Shown here: in pieces, positions 1 to 14,128 of the stretch
How the letters are laid out: each line of letters opens with the position of its first letter
Position numbering within the stretch: the stretch's first letter is position 1
Assembly: GCF_006345805.1 (NCBI RefSeq)
Contig: NC_043017.1
Coordinates: forward strand, 24,676,001-24,740,000
Source of the DNA: Octopus sinensis
Taxonomy: Eukaryota
Reading direction: 5' to 3'
DNA length: 64,000 bases
Translations under genes and position numbers: made by a program
The notes under the pieces: generated by a model
Databases searched by the model: none
The model's input: the letters and a program-made list of their open reading frames with translations, nothing else
What the model was told of the DNA's origin: nothing

Positions 1-68
1 CAGTGGGACTGAACCCAAAACCATGTGTTTAAGAAGCAAACTTCTTACCACACAGCCACCGTGGCACC
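1..68 (-). mobile_element. tRNA-derived SINE family 1, head (cut by window edge)
   Basis: Reverse complement of the head tggctgtgtggtaagaag...ggttcagtcccactg seen in many copies in the window. Confidence 0.8.
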
Positions 69-114
69 TGTCCTAAATAATAATAATAATGAAATTTTTT
101 TAATTTGTTTCCAG

Positions 115-204
115 ATTTTCTGTCTGCATGGTGGCTTGTCCCCTTCCATAGACTCTCTTGATCATATAAAGGCTCTTGACAGAATACAAGAAGTACCTCA
201 CGAA
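115..204 (+). CDS. PPP2CA: Ser/Thr protein phosphatase 2A catalytic subunit, internal coding exon (gene starts upstream of window)
   Basis: ttccag|ATT...GAA|gtaagt, 90 nt, [30 protein letters not shown]; near-identical to PP2A-C (human [30 protein letters not shown]). The CA/CB split is vertebrate-specific, so the symbol is nominal. Confidence 0.97.
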
Positions 205-809
205 GTAAGTATATATTTTTTTAACAATTATAAATGTGGATTGTTACTACGCTTGAGCTTTTTGTAGAAAAATTTTAGCCGATATTTTCAGAATTGTTGG
301 CTATTATTAAGATATTGTGTATCTAGAGTGGTTACTTGTTTGTTCTTTTTACATCAGTAGATGTCTGGTTTCAGAGAAGGAAGTTTAACTTGCTACATGT
401 GAATATTACTTGGCTAAATAAATAGAGTAGTATTTAAATAACTGGATAATTATTAGTCAAAGATAAAAACTGAGTAGTTATCTCTTCTATATTTCTGGTC
501 GAGAAGCTTAGCATTCCCGCAGGGCAAATTGCCAGGCTTATTTTGCTGTATGAATCAACAGTGTGGTTGATAAGAATGAAATGTTTCATGTTGCTAGATT
601 GTTGGAATGAGTGAAGATACGGTGTAATTTTGAAATAAGGATTCATTTGTACTTGTAGAAACAGTTAAAAATGACCTCAAAGAATTATTGAGTAGTTGCC
701 ATTAATTTATTGAATGACAATTGGCAGTGCTCTGCTCTGTTTCAAGCTGTAAGCAACAAATGCGATGGGAGTAAAACATTTTGCAGATATGGAGCCAGCA
801 GAAATTTCC

Positions 810-1008
810 TATGATGGCACCTGTGCAGGTGGCACGTAAAAAGCACTCATTACACTCACAGAGTGGTTGGCGTTAGGAAGGGCATCAAGCTGTAGGAACA
901 CTGCCAGATCAGACTGGGCCTGTTGCAGCCTTATGGCTTCCTAGACTCCAGTTGAACCGTCCAACCCATGCTAGCATGGAAAGCGGACGTTAAACGATGA
1001 TGATGATG
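810..1008 (+). mobile_element. SINE/RTE-type 3' segment with (GAT)n tail
   Basis: gtggttggcgttaggaagggcatc...ccaacccatgctagcatggaaagcggacgttaaacgatgatgatg; related copies at about 18565-18720 (-), 27500-27740 (-) and 30830-31085 (+). Confidence 0.75.
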
Positions 1009-1200
1009 GTTGTAAGGCTTGAAAGCATCAGGAATGATTAATGTTAGATGAGCAGTTACCTGCTCAGGGTGGCAAGATTTTGTTGGAATGTATCTTATTC
1101 ATTGACTAGCAGTGTAACAGAACAAGTGTCGCTTGAAGCTAATTGATCAAATTAAGAAATTAAAAAAGAATATAGTACCAGGTAGATCTGGTACTACTTT

Positions 1201-1430
1201 AGCCCATTAGCTTTTAAACGGGTCATATCAGTCCCAAATATTCTATCTGTTTTATATTCAAACTAGCCAGAGTTGGCCTCTCATATCTGCTCTACAATGT
1301 CATAACTAAATATATATACAATCACATCATCAGTATTTCAAAGTTATGAGATAATATATGGTTAATTCAAAACTGTGAAATAAGTATTACATTTGGCAGA
1401 TGGCAGAATAATCTGAATCCTAAAGGGTTA
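1201..1430. mobile_element. piggyBac-like MITE (TTAA-CCCTTTAGC...GCTAAAGGG-TTAA family), degenerate
   Basis: Termini agcccattagc / ctaaagggtta; same body at about 8140-8300, 24072-24622, 53524-53700, 54943-55141 and 57376-57600. Confidence 0.6.
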
Positions 1431-1498
1431 TTGCTTGGATAGTGGTTGTTAGTTTTATATTAGGACATGCTATATTTTTGGGTGACTTGCTTGCCAGA

Positions 1499-1532
<34 letters not shown>

Positions 1533-2132
1533 ACGGCTGTAAGAGCCATATTATTTGCCTCAGCCTGTTACTGGGAGTTACCAGTGGCAACCACATATTT
1601 CATGCTGTTACACAGCATAGTATAATTGTGCAAGGAAATGTTTTGTTTCTTGTTTTTGTTTTTTGTTTCCCTTCATTTTTACAATATTTTCATGATTAAA
1701 CAATAATATTTAGCACTCATGTTATTGAAATATCCTCAAAACCATGTCAGAGATACAGAATAAAATGTTTTCTAAAACCATGAGAATGTATCACCAGTGA
1801 TGCATATGACAGTTGTGTGAAAGCTTGCTATGATTGTACATGCAGCAGTTAATATGTTATGGATCAGTGTGGAATTTAATTACTCAAAGCCATTGAGGTG
1901 TTTGTAACTAGATACATTTGGAAATTTCTTTCTGCTGATTTGTCCTCGTTCCATTAATCGATTAAATTGCAGATGTAGGGTATTTGAAAAAGGATTAACT
2001 CGAAATGCTTCAAGTATGACCACTCTTAAGACACTAATTAGCTAATTAGCTGTAAGGATCTTGGATTCCCAGCATGAAAATGGGTGTGTGTAGTCAGTGT
2101 GAGGAATATTCAAATAAACAAATATACATATA

Positions 2133-3508
2133 CGTTACCGGATCTAGTGCTAGGGCTTGTTGTTCGTTGCTGGGTTGCAGTAAAAATTTCTCACTAAATC
2201 AAGAGCTAAGTCTCTTATCACATTTCAGCCCGGGCCAGTTTTGTTGTTTATGAGCTAGTTGGAGCTTTTTATGAGAGTAATTAATATTCATTGGACTCCG
2301 GTTTTCATACCTGGAACGGCATAATCATGGAAAATTAGCGAGACTGTGCATTCATCGTTAAACGATGATGATGATGTGCACATGCCATTAGTCGGACAAA
2401 AAAGCAAAGAACTCGAATTTGGCCGCAAAATAGCATGATTTTGAAAATGCACATAAATCTCATTTGTTGAGTTTTGGTTTCACACCCAACCCAGTACTGT
2501 GCAATCAGTGTCGCGACGGGAATACATGGGTTGGGAGTTTGACTGGCAGAGATGATCAAGTTGCACATGCCAGTCCTTTTGACACGCCCCCACCCCTCTT
2601 CGTATGAGTTTATAGCAATGGTGGGAAGAAAAGTGCTGATTCCGGTGAAAAGGCAGAGCAATTAGAGCACAAAAAGCAGCATTCAAAGTGATTGTATGAG
2701 TATGACGCATTGAAGCAAGTAATGCAGTAAGGTCAATAGTTATAAGTTCATGACGCAGAGAAGCACGTAAGACACTAAGGTTAACTAAGGTATAAAATAA
2801 TAGGTATGCCTTTTCGCCGGGAGGCTAATTGGGCTCCCGATCCACGGAAACAGAGGGGGTTAGGTTTGGAACGCAACTAAGCCTTCAACTAAAACCTAGA
2901 CTAACCTTACAGAAGGGGGCTCGGGAGCCTCTAATAGGCAGCTTCTAATCCCATTCTATCACTAACCCATACTAGGGGTTCTAAATGACATGGCTGTGGA
3001 GTTGTGCATGGCGGGTTTATTTCAGAGGAGGACGGTTACATTGGATTAAGGACCATTGAAGAATGTAGCTTTGGAGATCCTAACTCGTTAATTATTCCCT
3101 GCAGTTCTCAAATCAGAAAAAGCATGCACGTTTGAAAGCGCAAAAATGCGCTGAGTCATACAGACTCTGAAAATGCGCATTCAACTGTCATGGGTAAAAT
3201 TATCTCTGTCCAATCAAAAAACAGCTGGCAGTCTAATGGTGTATCTAGCTGTACGCACGCACCACATAAATTTCTATGTTTTAGCGATTTTCAATGAATA
3301 TACCTATAACTTAGGGGCATTGGGGGTTGGTTTATCAATTTTTTTTTTAATGGCTTTCTGGGGTGACTGGGTAAATGAAAAGATCTTCACAACCACCCTC
3401 AGACAGTTTTGAAAGCCCATAGAAAATGCGAGCCTTTTATGTGAAAAACTGTGGATTTGTATAAAGGACATGCAGATACACAGACATTTTACCATTTATA
3501 GATATAGA
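2133..3508 (-). mobile_element. Putative Helitron-like/composite insertion in PP2A intron
   Basis: The minus strand starts TCTATATCTATAAATGGTAAAATGTCTGTG, like the Helitron 5' end at 21607; the interior is CpG-rich, unlike its flanks. The left boundary is uncertain. Confidence 0.4.
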
Positions 3509-5386
3509 AATGAATCAATTTCAAAAAATTTTTTCTAATATTTCAGGTAATATATTTTTAAATTCATACTAACATTGAAGATCCAGTCTAAATCAACAAG
3601 ACATTCTGGGAAATTTTATAATAATTGTTTTTTTTTTAACTGGTTGACTCCATGTATTTAACTGATCATGTTACATGTAACTGGTTCCTTTTATAGAAAC
3701 CAAGTACAGGCCACCTTTTCTGAAAATCAAATCACATGAGATATGGCTTGTCATCTTGCAGTTTACACTACTGAAAAATATTTTATGGCAATCTTTGGTT
3801 AGTTGTGCCATTCAGAAAATGTGAATTGCATTTTGCCTGGGGTTGATGTGAACAGTTTTCTTAAAATTACAGAAGTAAAATGAAATGTTTCCAACCAAGA
3901 GTTGAAGTCAGGTCACAGATTCAGCTTATTGAGATCTTGCTGCTGCTCTAAGTCATAGGCTGTCATTTAGCAAATGGCCATAAGTTTTATTTTGTTGAAG
4001 TTGCTAACGACTTATGAGATAGTGTTAAATTAACAATTGTGTTTTAGTGAGACAGGCTTAGTGTAGACTTTCAGTTTGCCTGCTTGAGAAGAGTTGACAG
4101 TTGTTATGAAGGCTAATTATCTAGGTGCTCTAGACAAAGACCTCAGTGGATTTTATTGCTGAAGTAACAGTGCTTTGTTATTTAAAGAATTATTGTTTTC
4201 AAGCATAATGTTAGGTAACATGTATTAAAAGTTAAAATTAGTGTGAGTGTAGATATAATTATGAAAATATCTTCAATCTAATGAAAGGTTTTTTTTACAA
4301 AAAAAAAAGTTGTTTTCCTAGAGCTATAGTGAAGTGGGTTAGGATTTAGTTTCTTCAGCGTGAAGGAGTGGGTAGCTGCAGCATGACTGATTTAATTGAA
4401 GTTCAAAAGACTAGAAAATATTGTAATCTATAAATTCTCACAGTGCTGCAGGTGAGGGGTGAGGTAGGTCTAAAGCTAGTAGAGCAGGAAAATCTGATAT
4501 TTTATGAGAAATTTAAAATACTTTTAATGTCAGCTGTACACTAGTTATAGACAATGGTTTCCTATTTCACAAATAGCACATAAGCATATTTGTGTGAACT
4601 TGTGTATAATGAAACTGGAGTAATGCAAAAATATGTGTCTATAATAAGTAGCATGTAAAAACATGTTGAGAAAAAGCTGTAAAACTAAATAAATCACTTG
4701 AGAAAGTAATGAAAATATTGTGTGTGTGTGTTGATGTGTTTACATAGTTACATTCTAATACTGTAAATAAATTTTCTGCCAAAATAAAATTAAAATAAGA
4801 CAAGCTCCTGTAATCTCTTCTTCGGATAAGTTTGTAAAATTGTTGTAATTTAGTGCAATATTGATTTGGCTAGCATTTTATATTTGTGGTGACCTCCGTT
4901 ACATAAGGTTCTTAAAATCTGGTTTAAAGGTCACTCTAGAATTAATAGTCTAACAAAAATAATAGGTTCTTTGTATATTGTCCAGATTTATAGCTTTACA
5001 GTTTTAATGATAGGGTGATGAATCCTCTCTTTTCAATATGTAATCTGAACAACTCTTTGGTACCTTGGGCAAGTGTCTGCTGCTCTAGCTTCAGGCCAAC
5101 CAAAGTTTTGTGAGTGGATTTGGTAGGTGGAAATTGAAGGAAGCGAGTTGCGTGTATGTTTGTGTTTCCTTGTCTTGACATCACGCGATAGTTGTAAATG
5201 ATTGCCATTGTCACTAAGAGAACATGTTTGCCGTGGGTAAATATTACCATGCTTAGAACCTGGTGAAGATCAGCTGGCCAGAGAAAGGTCAGCCAGCCAG
5301 AGAAAATTTACCTTAAACTCTTTTCAATCCATGCAAAAGCATGGAAAATGGATTTTGATGATTTTATACATATATATATATATATA

Positions 5387-5745
5387 TAGGCACAGGTAAG
5401 AAGCTTTCTTCCCAGTCACATGGTCCTGGGTTCAGTCCCACTGTGTGGCACCTTGGGAAAGTGTCTTCTATATCCTCAGGCTGATCAAAGCCTTGTGAGT
5501 GGATTTGTTAGACAGAAACAAGAAGCCCGGTGTGTGTATAATACATGTACTTATATGTGTGTTTGTCTTTGTGTATGTGTTTGAACCTCCCAGTGTTGGT
5601 GTGTTTATATCCCCATGACTTAGCGGTTCAGCAAAAGAGACTTATAGGATAAGTAGTAGGCTTAAAAAATGTTCTGGGGTCGATTTGTTCGACTAAAACT
5701 CTACAAGGCTGTGCTCCAGCATAGCCGCAGTCAAATGACAAACAA
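5387..5745 (+). mobile_element. tRNA-derived SINE family 1
   Basis: B-box gggttcagtccc, core gtggcaccttggg.aagtgtc, tail ccagcatagccgcagtcaaatgac. Confidence 0.85.
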
Positions 5746-6853
5746 AATAATACACACACCCACACACCCACATACACACTGAGATGCTTTCTTTTCATAT
5801 GTTTTTGGAAGTTTAAGCATTGATCATATACTGATTGGTAGATCTGTTGGACGTTTTTAACAGGTTCTTTTTGTTGTATTTCTTGGCAAAATACTGTTCT
5901 ATTTTGCTTGAATTTATACAGAATGAGCAGCCAGTGATGTAGATGTGTTAGCCTAAACATTTAAACTACTTTTCTAACCAGGAGTGCCATTTTTTTTCCT
6001 ACCCTATCTCATGTCATGAAACCAAGGACTTCAGGCTAAGGAGATATTTACTGTTATTGTGCACAGATGACTGCCATCATTTGAACCTGATGATTGCTTT
6101 ATTTGGAAAGACTATCAAAATTGTGAAAGTATATTTTATATTTTCAATTGCTCTAGAGAGTGACACTTATAACAATCTTCCGCAGTATATTTTGATATTG
6201 TGATGAATATTTTTAGATAAATTGTTGACATTGTAGAGCATGTGGTGAAAAGCTACTGAACCTTTTTGATGCCTGCCTACCTGAAACCACTCCAGGTCTA
6301 TGACATGAACTTACTGTTCTAAAGTGGTCTAAGTTATAATGTTAAAATTTTATGGCACTTTGTTCAAGACCTCAGCTTAATAATAAAGTTATTTTATTAG
6401 ATTCTTCCCTATTTTAAAAAATTGAAACAGTCTGCATATTTTAACAGAATTATGGTAACAAAATGGTTAAATTGAGTTTAATTAGTTGTTCATATTGATA
6501 GTATAAAATGAAACTTATGGGTAATGGTAAATCTATTGTACAAGTATTGATTAGCTTAACATTTGAAATAAACTCATTATTGCTCCTTAGGCTATTCTTG
6601 TATTTGAGGGAATATATTTTGGTTTGGCGTTTGTATTGCAAATAAAACTTGTTTGTGATGATTCAGCAGATCAAAGTAATTCTAGATGTGAATATCCCAA
6701 CTTAAGATAGTTGTGAAATCTGGTGGTTATTTCAGCAGATCAAGTGACTACATACAGGCTCCCTCCTGAGCTTTATAGCAAATAATATATTTTTTTTTTT
6801 TTACATGGATAAGAGTTTTGTTTGTCTATAATTTTGTTGTACTTCTATCTTGA

Positions 6854-7156
<303 letters not shown>

Positions 7157-7779
7157 TGAAGCATAGTTGTGTGGCTGAAAATTTCACTGACATCATGTGG
7201 TTGTTAGGTTTAGTTGCTCTGTGCGGAACCTTGAGCATCTCGGATGTTTTCTGCTTACAGTTTCAAGTCAACCAAAACCTTATGAATGAAATTTGGTACA
7301 AGGAACCAGTACAGAAGCCTGTGTGTGTGTGTGTGTGTGTGTGTGCACGTTTGCACGCATCTCCCACTTCATGTTTTTATATTGACACCACTCTGCCAAC
7401 AGTGGTGATGTTTATGTCCTATATAACTATATAAACCAAAAAGTCTGTCACTTTGACAGTTTGTGCAAAATGGTAGAATTACCTTACTTGAAAAAATGTT
7501 GGTGTCAGGGAGTGCAGAATACTGTCTTCCAAAAGTCTTGTCCAACTCATACCAGCATGGAAAAAAATGTGAACATGATAATGATTCTCTTAAATGTTTC
7601 ACAGCTACTTTAAGCTGGGATTGACAACTTTGCGTCAACTGGGGGCTGCATCATGCAATTTCCAGGTGGCAGAGGGCCGCATGATAAAACACATATGCAT
7701 AAAATATTACTTGCCCTCTTTACACCGAATTTTTTGCAGTTCTTCTGAATTTTGTCTTAGTATGAAATTAGTAACCTAG

Positions 7780-8055
<276 letters not shown>

Positions 8056-8326
8056 TAAGTTAAACTTCTTATTTTTAAAATGATTTTGGCTTTGTGTTTT
8101 TCAAATCTCTATAGAATTATTTTTCTTCTTTTCCAAATTAACCCTTTAGCATTTGAAACTGGCCATTCTGGTCCAAATATTCTGCTCATGTTAAGACCAG
8201 CTGGATCCAGTGTCGCATACCTACCCTACATTGTCATTCTAAAAATAAAAAACATCCTATCAAAATCTTGCAGCTACAAATGTAGATGTAATGTGAATGC
8301 TGACAGGTTAATATATTTCCCTAGTT

Positions 8327-8548
8327 AAGACGGCAAGCTGGCAGAAACATTAGCTCCTCTGGCAAAATGCTTGGCGGTATTTCGTCTGTCATTGTTCTGA
8401 GTTCAAATTCTGCTGAGGTTGACTTTGTCTTTCATTCTTTCAGAGGGTGGGGGTCAATGAAGTACCAGCTGCATACTGGGGTCAATCAAACTGATTGTCC
8501 ATACACACACTACTACCACCACCAAATTTTTCAGGCCTTGTGCCTAGA
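8327..8548 (+). mobile_element. SINE family 2 (Nin/Deu-like central domain)
   Basis: gacggcaagctggcagaaac...gagttcaaattctgctgaggttgactttg...aagtaccag; same family as 28928-29155. Confidence 0.75.
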
Positions 8549-8572
8549 GTGGTTTTTTTCTTGCTATAGCCA

Positions 8573-9279
8573 CTGGCATGGCTGTGTGATTAAGAAACTT
8601 GCTTTTCAATCATGTGGTCTTGAGTTCAGTCCCACTGTGTGGCACCTTGGGTATGGGTTTTCTGCAGTAGGCTTGGGCCAACCAAAGCCTTGTGAGTGGA
8701 TTTGAAAGAACTGAAAGAAGCCCTTTGTGTGTAACCTTGTCTAGGCATCACACAATGGTTGTAAATGAATGTCATTGTCATATAAGCAAGGTTGTTTTTT
8801 CTAGCATTATGTGGGAAATGAGTTTGGAAATTGTTTGGAAATGAGTTGGAGGCTAGCAAATGGAAGGGTATCTAACTGTAGAAAAATCTACCTTGACAAA
8901 TTTCATTTGACCCATGCAAGCAGAGAAAAGTCAACATAGGCATGGCTGTGTGATAAGAAGCTTGCTTTCCAACCACATGGTTCTGGGTTCAGTCCAACTG
9001 CATGGTGCCTTAGGCAAGTGTCTTTTACTATAGCCTTGGACTAACCAAAGCCTTGTGACTGGATTTGGTAGATGGAAACTGAAAAAAGACTGTTGTATCC
9101 CACTACTTGGCAACTTGTATTAGTGTGTTTATGTACCATGTAACTTAGCGGCTCTGCAAGAGATCAATAGAATAAGTGCTAGGCTTTAAAAAAATAAGTC
9201 CTGTGGTCAATTTGACTAAAACTTTGAGGGTGGTACTCCAGCATGGCCACAGTCAAATGACAAACAAGTAAAAGATAAA
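8573..9279 (+). mobile_element. Two tandem SINE family 1-headed copies in last PP2A intron
   Basis: Heads ggcatggctgtgtga at about 8575 and 8939; the second copy ends with the family tail at about 9279. Confidence 0.8.
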
Positions 9280-9290
9280 TTGTATGATGA

Positions 9291-9434
<144 letters not shown>

Positions 9435-10780
9435 GAACCCTGAACATTTTTTTAGTTGTACTGGGCAGCTAACTTTCTTTTTTTTGGTAACTAGTCTAAG
9501 TACAACAGCATCAGCAGCATCTGGTCCCTTTCATTGGGAGCTGTGGCAAAATGACAAACATACTCTTGCAAAATATTAAAAAAAGAAGAAATAACAAAAC
9601 AACAAAACAAAATAAATATATCCCCCCTCAAAAAAAAAAAAAGACCATTCTCTATTCTTTAATGTGAAAGCAGCCAACAAGTTATTGTAAGACATACACA
9701 ATGGTGTGTGCATGTGTGTGTGTGTTTTGTGGGGGTTTTTCTTAATAATTTGAATTACATTTCGGCAGTTGTTGAATGACATGAGCTGTCTACTGCTATC
9801 CCCACTTCCTCCTAACGTACATACCCCCTTTAGTTTAGCACCATTCATAGTTCATCTATTATTGGTGGAAACAAGGCTGCCATAGGTCACTTTTGTCCTC
9901 TCTCTCCTCACTCCACCCTTACTCCAGCATCTATTCTTGTTAAATGTTTAACCAAGTCCTGCAAGACTTATGTGATATAAGATTTTCTTTTCTTTTTTTC
10001 TTTCTCCCCCCACCCCCTCCATCTCATAATAGAGCTGGCTCTTCACTTCTTCAAAAAGTTTGTTTCTGATGGATTATACTTTTCCCTATCTGTCTCTTGC
10101 TCTCCCCCCCCTTCCCCGTCCATCCTCTTAATCTCCTCCCTATAGCTACAGAAGTCTTTGTTTCTCTTCACTATTATTATTATTATTATTATTTTAAACT
10201 GGAGCAACTGAAGGAATGGTGGACTTAAATGCTTTGATGCCTGAAAGAAAGGAACACATGTAAAGAAAGAAGCAAAACAAAAAAAAAAACAAATTTGAGA
10301 GAAAAAAAAAACATATATATATATTTATATATGTATACATAAAAGAGAATCTGTAATTGTGATGCTAGAAATTTACAAACCAAACAAACAAAAACAGAAA
10401 AAAACACAAAAATATCTTCATTGTATTACATTTGAATACTTTTTGTCGGAAAAAAAAAAAAAAATTAAAGAAAAAAAGCAAAGTTTTAAGAAAGACGATT
10501 GGAATATATTCTCCCTAAGGATATTTTCTGGAACCGATTCTTCATCTTATAGCTCAAAATGGAAATGAATTTACAAAAAGAAAAGAAAGAAAAAGTTTAA
10601 AAAAAAAAAAGGTCATTTCTGTTTTAATATATATTTTCTTTCTTCATTTCCTGTTTTTTTTTAATTTTATTTTACTTTTTTTTTTTTTTTAGCTCTTATT
10701 TAATTTTTTTGAAATATTCTCATTTTAAATTATTGCTACTAATATAATAAAGATGCTAATGGAACAGTGCTGCTTAGGTG
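9435..10780 (+). other. PP2A-C 3'UTR with candidate polyadenylation signal
   Basis: SINE-free A/U-rich stretch after the stop; AATAAA at 10746-10751 followed by GT-rich sequence near 10800. The end point is inferred. Confidence 0.55.
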
Positions 10781-10830
10781 ATATTTAATTTAACGAATGT
10801 GTGTTTTATGTATGTATAATTCATGTGGGT

Positions 10831-10863
<33 letters not shown>

Positions 10864-11139
10864 GTATATGTATGTGTGTGTGTGTGTGAGTGTCTGTATT
10901 GTAATGGCTTTACAGAAAGGTCCTCTTGTGATGGGCATGCAGGAAGGGATGTATCTTGAGATTAAAGATCTATCCCAAAATACTTGCAGTAGTGGGCTCT
11001 ACAGAAGGCATGGGTACAAGACGTTAGAGCACAGCCATTTCAGCACTGCTAATTCATGGCTGCCTTATTTGACACTTAGCATTTTTAAGATGTTTTCTGA
11101 TTTTTTTTCTCTCTCTCTCTCTCCTCTCACTCTTTCTCT

Positions 11140-11530
11140 TCCTCCCCTTCTCTTTTTGTGTATGATGAGAGAGAGAAAGTGTATTGTGTTCAGTTAATGA
11201 ATTGTAACGTGTCTCTCTTCTTTCAGTCTGTTTATTTGTGTGAGCATACTTCTCTTTTATGTATGAGGAGAGGGACGGCATTTATGTCCATGTTCAATAA
11301 TTAAATTGTACTGTTTCTGTCTCTGTGTTCATGTGCGTGTGACGAAAAGGTAAAATGCTTATGTCGGTCATGTTCAGTTGATAAATTGTATTCTCTCTCT
11401 CTATCTATCTATCTATCTATCTCTCTGTAAGCATATTTCTCTTTATGTACTGAGAAGAGAAAGCCTTTATTCCAATCATATTTCAGTTAATAAATCTATC
11501 TCTCTTTCTCTATCGGTATGTATATATTTC
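11140..11530. repeat. Degenerate ~100-bp tandem repeat (about 4 units)
   Basis: Recurring atgta.gag.aga...catgttcagttaataaattgta..ctctct motif at about 11160, 11260, 11350 and 11445. Confidence 0.5.
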
Positions 11531-11742
11531 TGCATGCACACATGTGTGTGTGTGTGTGTGTGGGATTGTTTCTCTTCAGCACCAAAAAAAAATGTACTGT
11601 CTCCAAAGCAGACTGAAGGCTGTTCAGTCATCTGTGCCAAATTATTGGTATCCAGACACCTATACCCAATTATCTCTTCTCCCCAAAACCCTTAAAGGAT
11701 AGGTAGTGGTATTATACTGGGTGGTGGATTAAGACCACCACC

Positions 11743-12100
11743 CAGCTGTATGGTAAGAAGTTTGCCTCTCAACCACATGGTTCTAGGCTCAGTCCCACTG
11801 TACGGCACCCAAGGTAAGTGTCTTCTACTAATAGCTTTGGGCCGACCAAAGCCTTGTGAGTAGATTTGGTAAGGTGGCGCCTGAAAGAAGCCCATTGTTT
11901 GTCAGTCTGTTTATCCCCCACCACTGTTTGCCAATCGGTGTTGGTTTGTTTATATTCCTGTAACTTAGTGGTTCGGCAAAAGAGACCGCTCGAATAAGTA
12001 CCAGGCTTTAAAAGATTGTCTTGGGGTCGGTTCATTCAACTAAAAATTCTTCAGGGTGGTGCCCTAGCATGGCTGCAGTCTAATGACAAAATGAAAGAGA
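11743..12100 (+). mobile_element. tRNA-derived SINE family 1
   Basis: Full head, core and tail match the other copies. Confidence 0.85.
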
Positions 12101-12211
12101 AGATATATATATATATAAACGTGTATGTATCAGGCATGGCTGTGTGGTTAAGCTTGCCTTCCAGCCATGTGATCTTGGGTTTGGTGTCTTACTGCATTTG
12201 GGACAAGTGTC

Positions 12212-12930
12212 GGATCTTTTCCTTTTGAACGGCAGTTTTCAACACAATTTCTAGTTAACTAAACACTTTTAAACTTCGTATACTGGTAGAATGTGTCAAA
12301 ATAAAACATTTTTTTCTCTTGGCTTTCTTGAGAAAATTGTAATTTGTAAGTTTAACGTAGTTTAATTTTTCAAATTTTAACCAATCCTATGCCCTCTATT
12401 GAGCTAAAATCATTTGCTGCGTCTAAAACTGAGACAACATCCTGTCACTAACTCTAACCCTAAATTTTAGCCTTTCGTTTTTTTTCTTCTTAATTGTTAA
12501 ATCAATTTGTTACGCGTGTGTCTAAAATTATTCGTTTTGTTTTTGTTTTGAGTTTTGCTTTCGTGTTTTTTCTTACTTAATTGTTAAATTATAATTATTT
12601 TCCATTGCTTTCATTTTTTTCTTAATTGGTATCCTTAAATTAATTTAACAATTAAGAAAAAAAAACCGAAAGGCTAAAATTTAGGGTTAGGGTTAATGAC
12701 AGGATGTTGTCTGTTTTAGACGCAGCAAATGATTTTAGCTCAATGGAGGCCATAGGATTGGTTAAAATTTGAAAACTTAAACTATGTTAAACTTATAAAT
12801 TACAATTTTCTCAAGAAAGCCAAGAGAAAAAAATGTTTTATTTTGACACATTCTACCAGTATATGAAGTTAAAAAGTGTTTAGTTAACTAGAAATTGTGT
12901 TGAAAACTGCCGTTCAAAAGGAAAAGATCC
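12212..12930. mobile_element. Foldback MITE, ~295-bp TIRs, 8-bp TSD, nested in a SINE
   Basis: GGATCTTTTCCTTTTGAACGGCAG... at 12212 and its reverse complement ending at 12930; TSD CAAGTGTC at 12204-12211 and 12931-12938. The host SINE resumes after the element. Confidence 0.92.
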
Positions 12931-13926
12931 CAAGTGTCTTCTACTATAGCCTGAGCTGACCTCTGCTTTGTGAGTGGATCTCATAAATGGAAACTGGAAG
13001 CCAGACATCTGTGTTTTGTATTGTTCATTTCCCCCCACCTACCACTTAATACCTTTAAACTGTTTCTCCTCCCCATTTTAGCTGAGCATGTTTTGGTATT
13101 TTAATGTAGCAATATCATCTATTCAATAATTATTCATTTAGTGGGGAACCAATATGAATAAACAATATGAAAGACTCCCCTGCACCCACCCCTTTTTTTT
13201 TATCCAGTTAAATATTAGGAAAGTATAGAAAACAAGTCTCCAGTTATTTTATTCATATGCCTTACCTGAATTTTTGAATTCTGAGATTTCAAGGCAATAA
13301 AAGTCCTTTTTAATTTAAAAAAAATTTTTTTTTCACTTCATATTTATGAACGCATGGCTGAGTAGTAAAAAGCTTGCTTTGCAGCCACATGGTTTCAGGT
13401 TCAATCTCACAGCATGTCATCTTGGGCAAGTGTCTGAGCTTTAAATGGATTTTGGTAGAAAGAAACTAAAAAGAATTCCATTGTGTGTGTTTAACTATAT
13501 CCTTATCTTGACATCACATATTTGTAAACAAGCTCACTTGTCACGCATGCAGTGTGCTTTGTTTTCCATCTTTCATAAAAACATGCTTTCCCATGGGTGT
13601 AATATTACCTTATTTGGAAAGAGATGAGGGTTAGTGACAAGAAGAGCATCTGGTCATAGAAAATCTGCCTCAACAAATTGCGTCTGACCCATGGAAACAT
13701 TAAAAATTGAATGTGAAAATGGTGGTGATAATACTTTAACCAAAAATTTCTTGGGTAGTTTTAGGATTGCTTCATTGATATTTAGATTTTACAGTGATTT
13801 TTCTCTCTTATTGCTTCCTGGTAGGGTATTTGAGTTTATGATTAGCAATTTACAATCCTATTGAATATATATTTCTTGGTATGCAGCTTGTATATTCGAT
13901 TGATTCTAAGCAAAGGGAGGGCTTTG

Positions 13927-14128
13927 TATGTGGGTGTGTTGGAAAGCTCCTGTGAAAGGCCTGGTTGGAGACTCAACTTTCCAGGTTCTTTTACAGGGCT
14001 TGGACAAACTGAAAGATTGCTGTAATTAGTGTGTGAATCTGAGAGGGGATTATGTTGAATAAGATCATAATTGATCCTCCTGTATTTTCTTTTATGCAAA
14101 GCCAGAAACATTTCAACACCTTCACATA
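13927..14128 (+). mobile_element. Tc1/mariner-derived non-autonomous remnant
   Basis: Mariner-like C-terminal remnant (CVNLRGDYVE*) with imperfect TIRs tatgtgggtgtgttggaa / tttcaacaccttcacata; related 3' end at about 23290-23430. Confidence 0.6.

Noticed and set aside
12681-12694. (TTAGGG)2 as an interstitial telomere
   Set aside because: Only two units, and part of the MITE arm.
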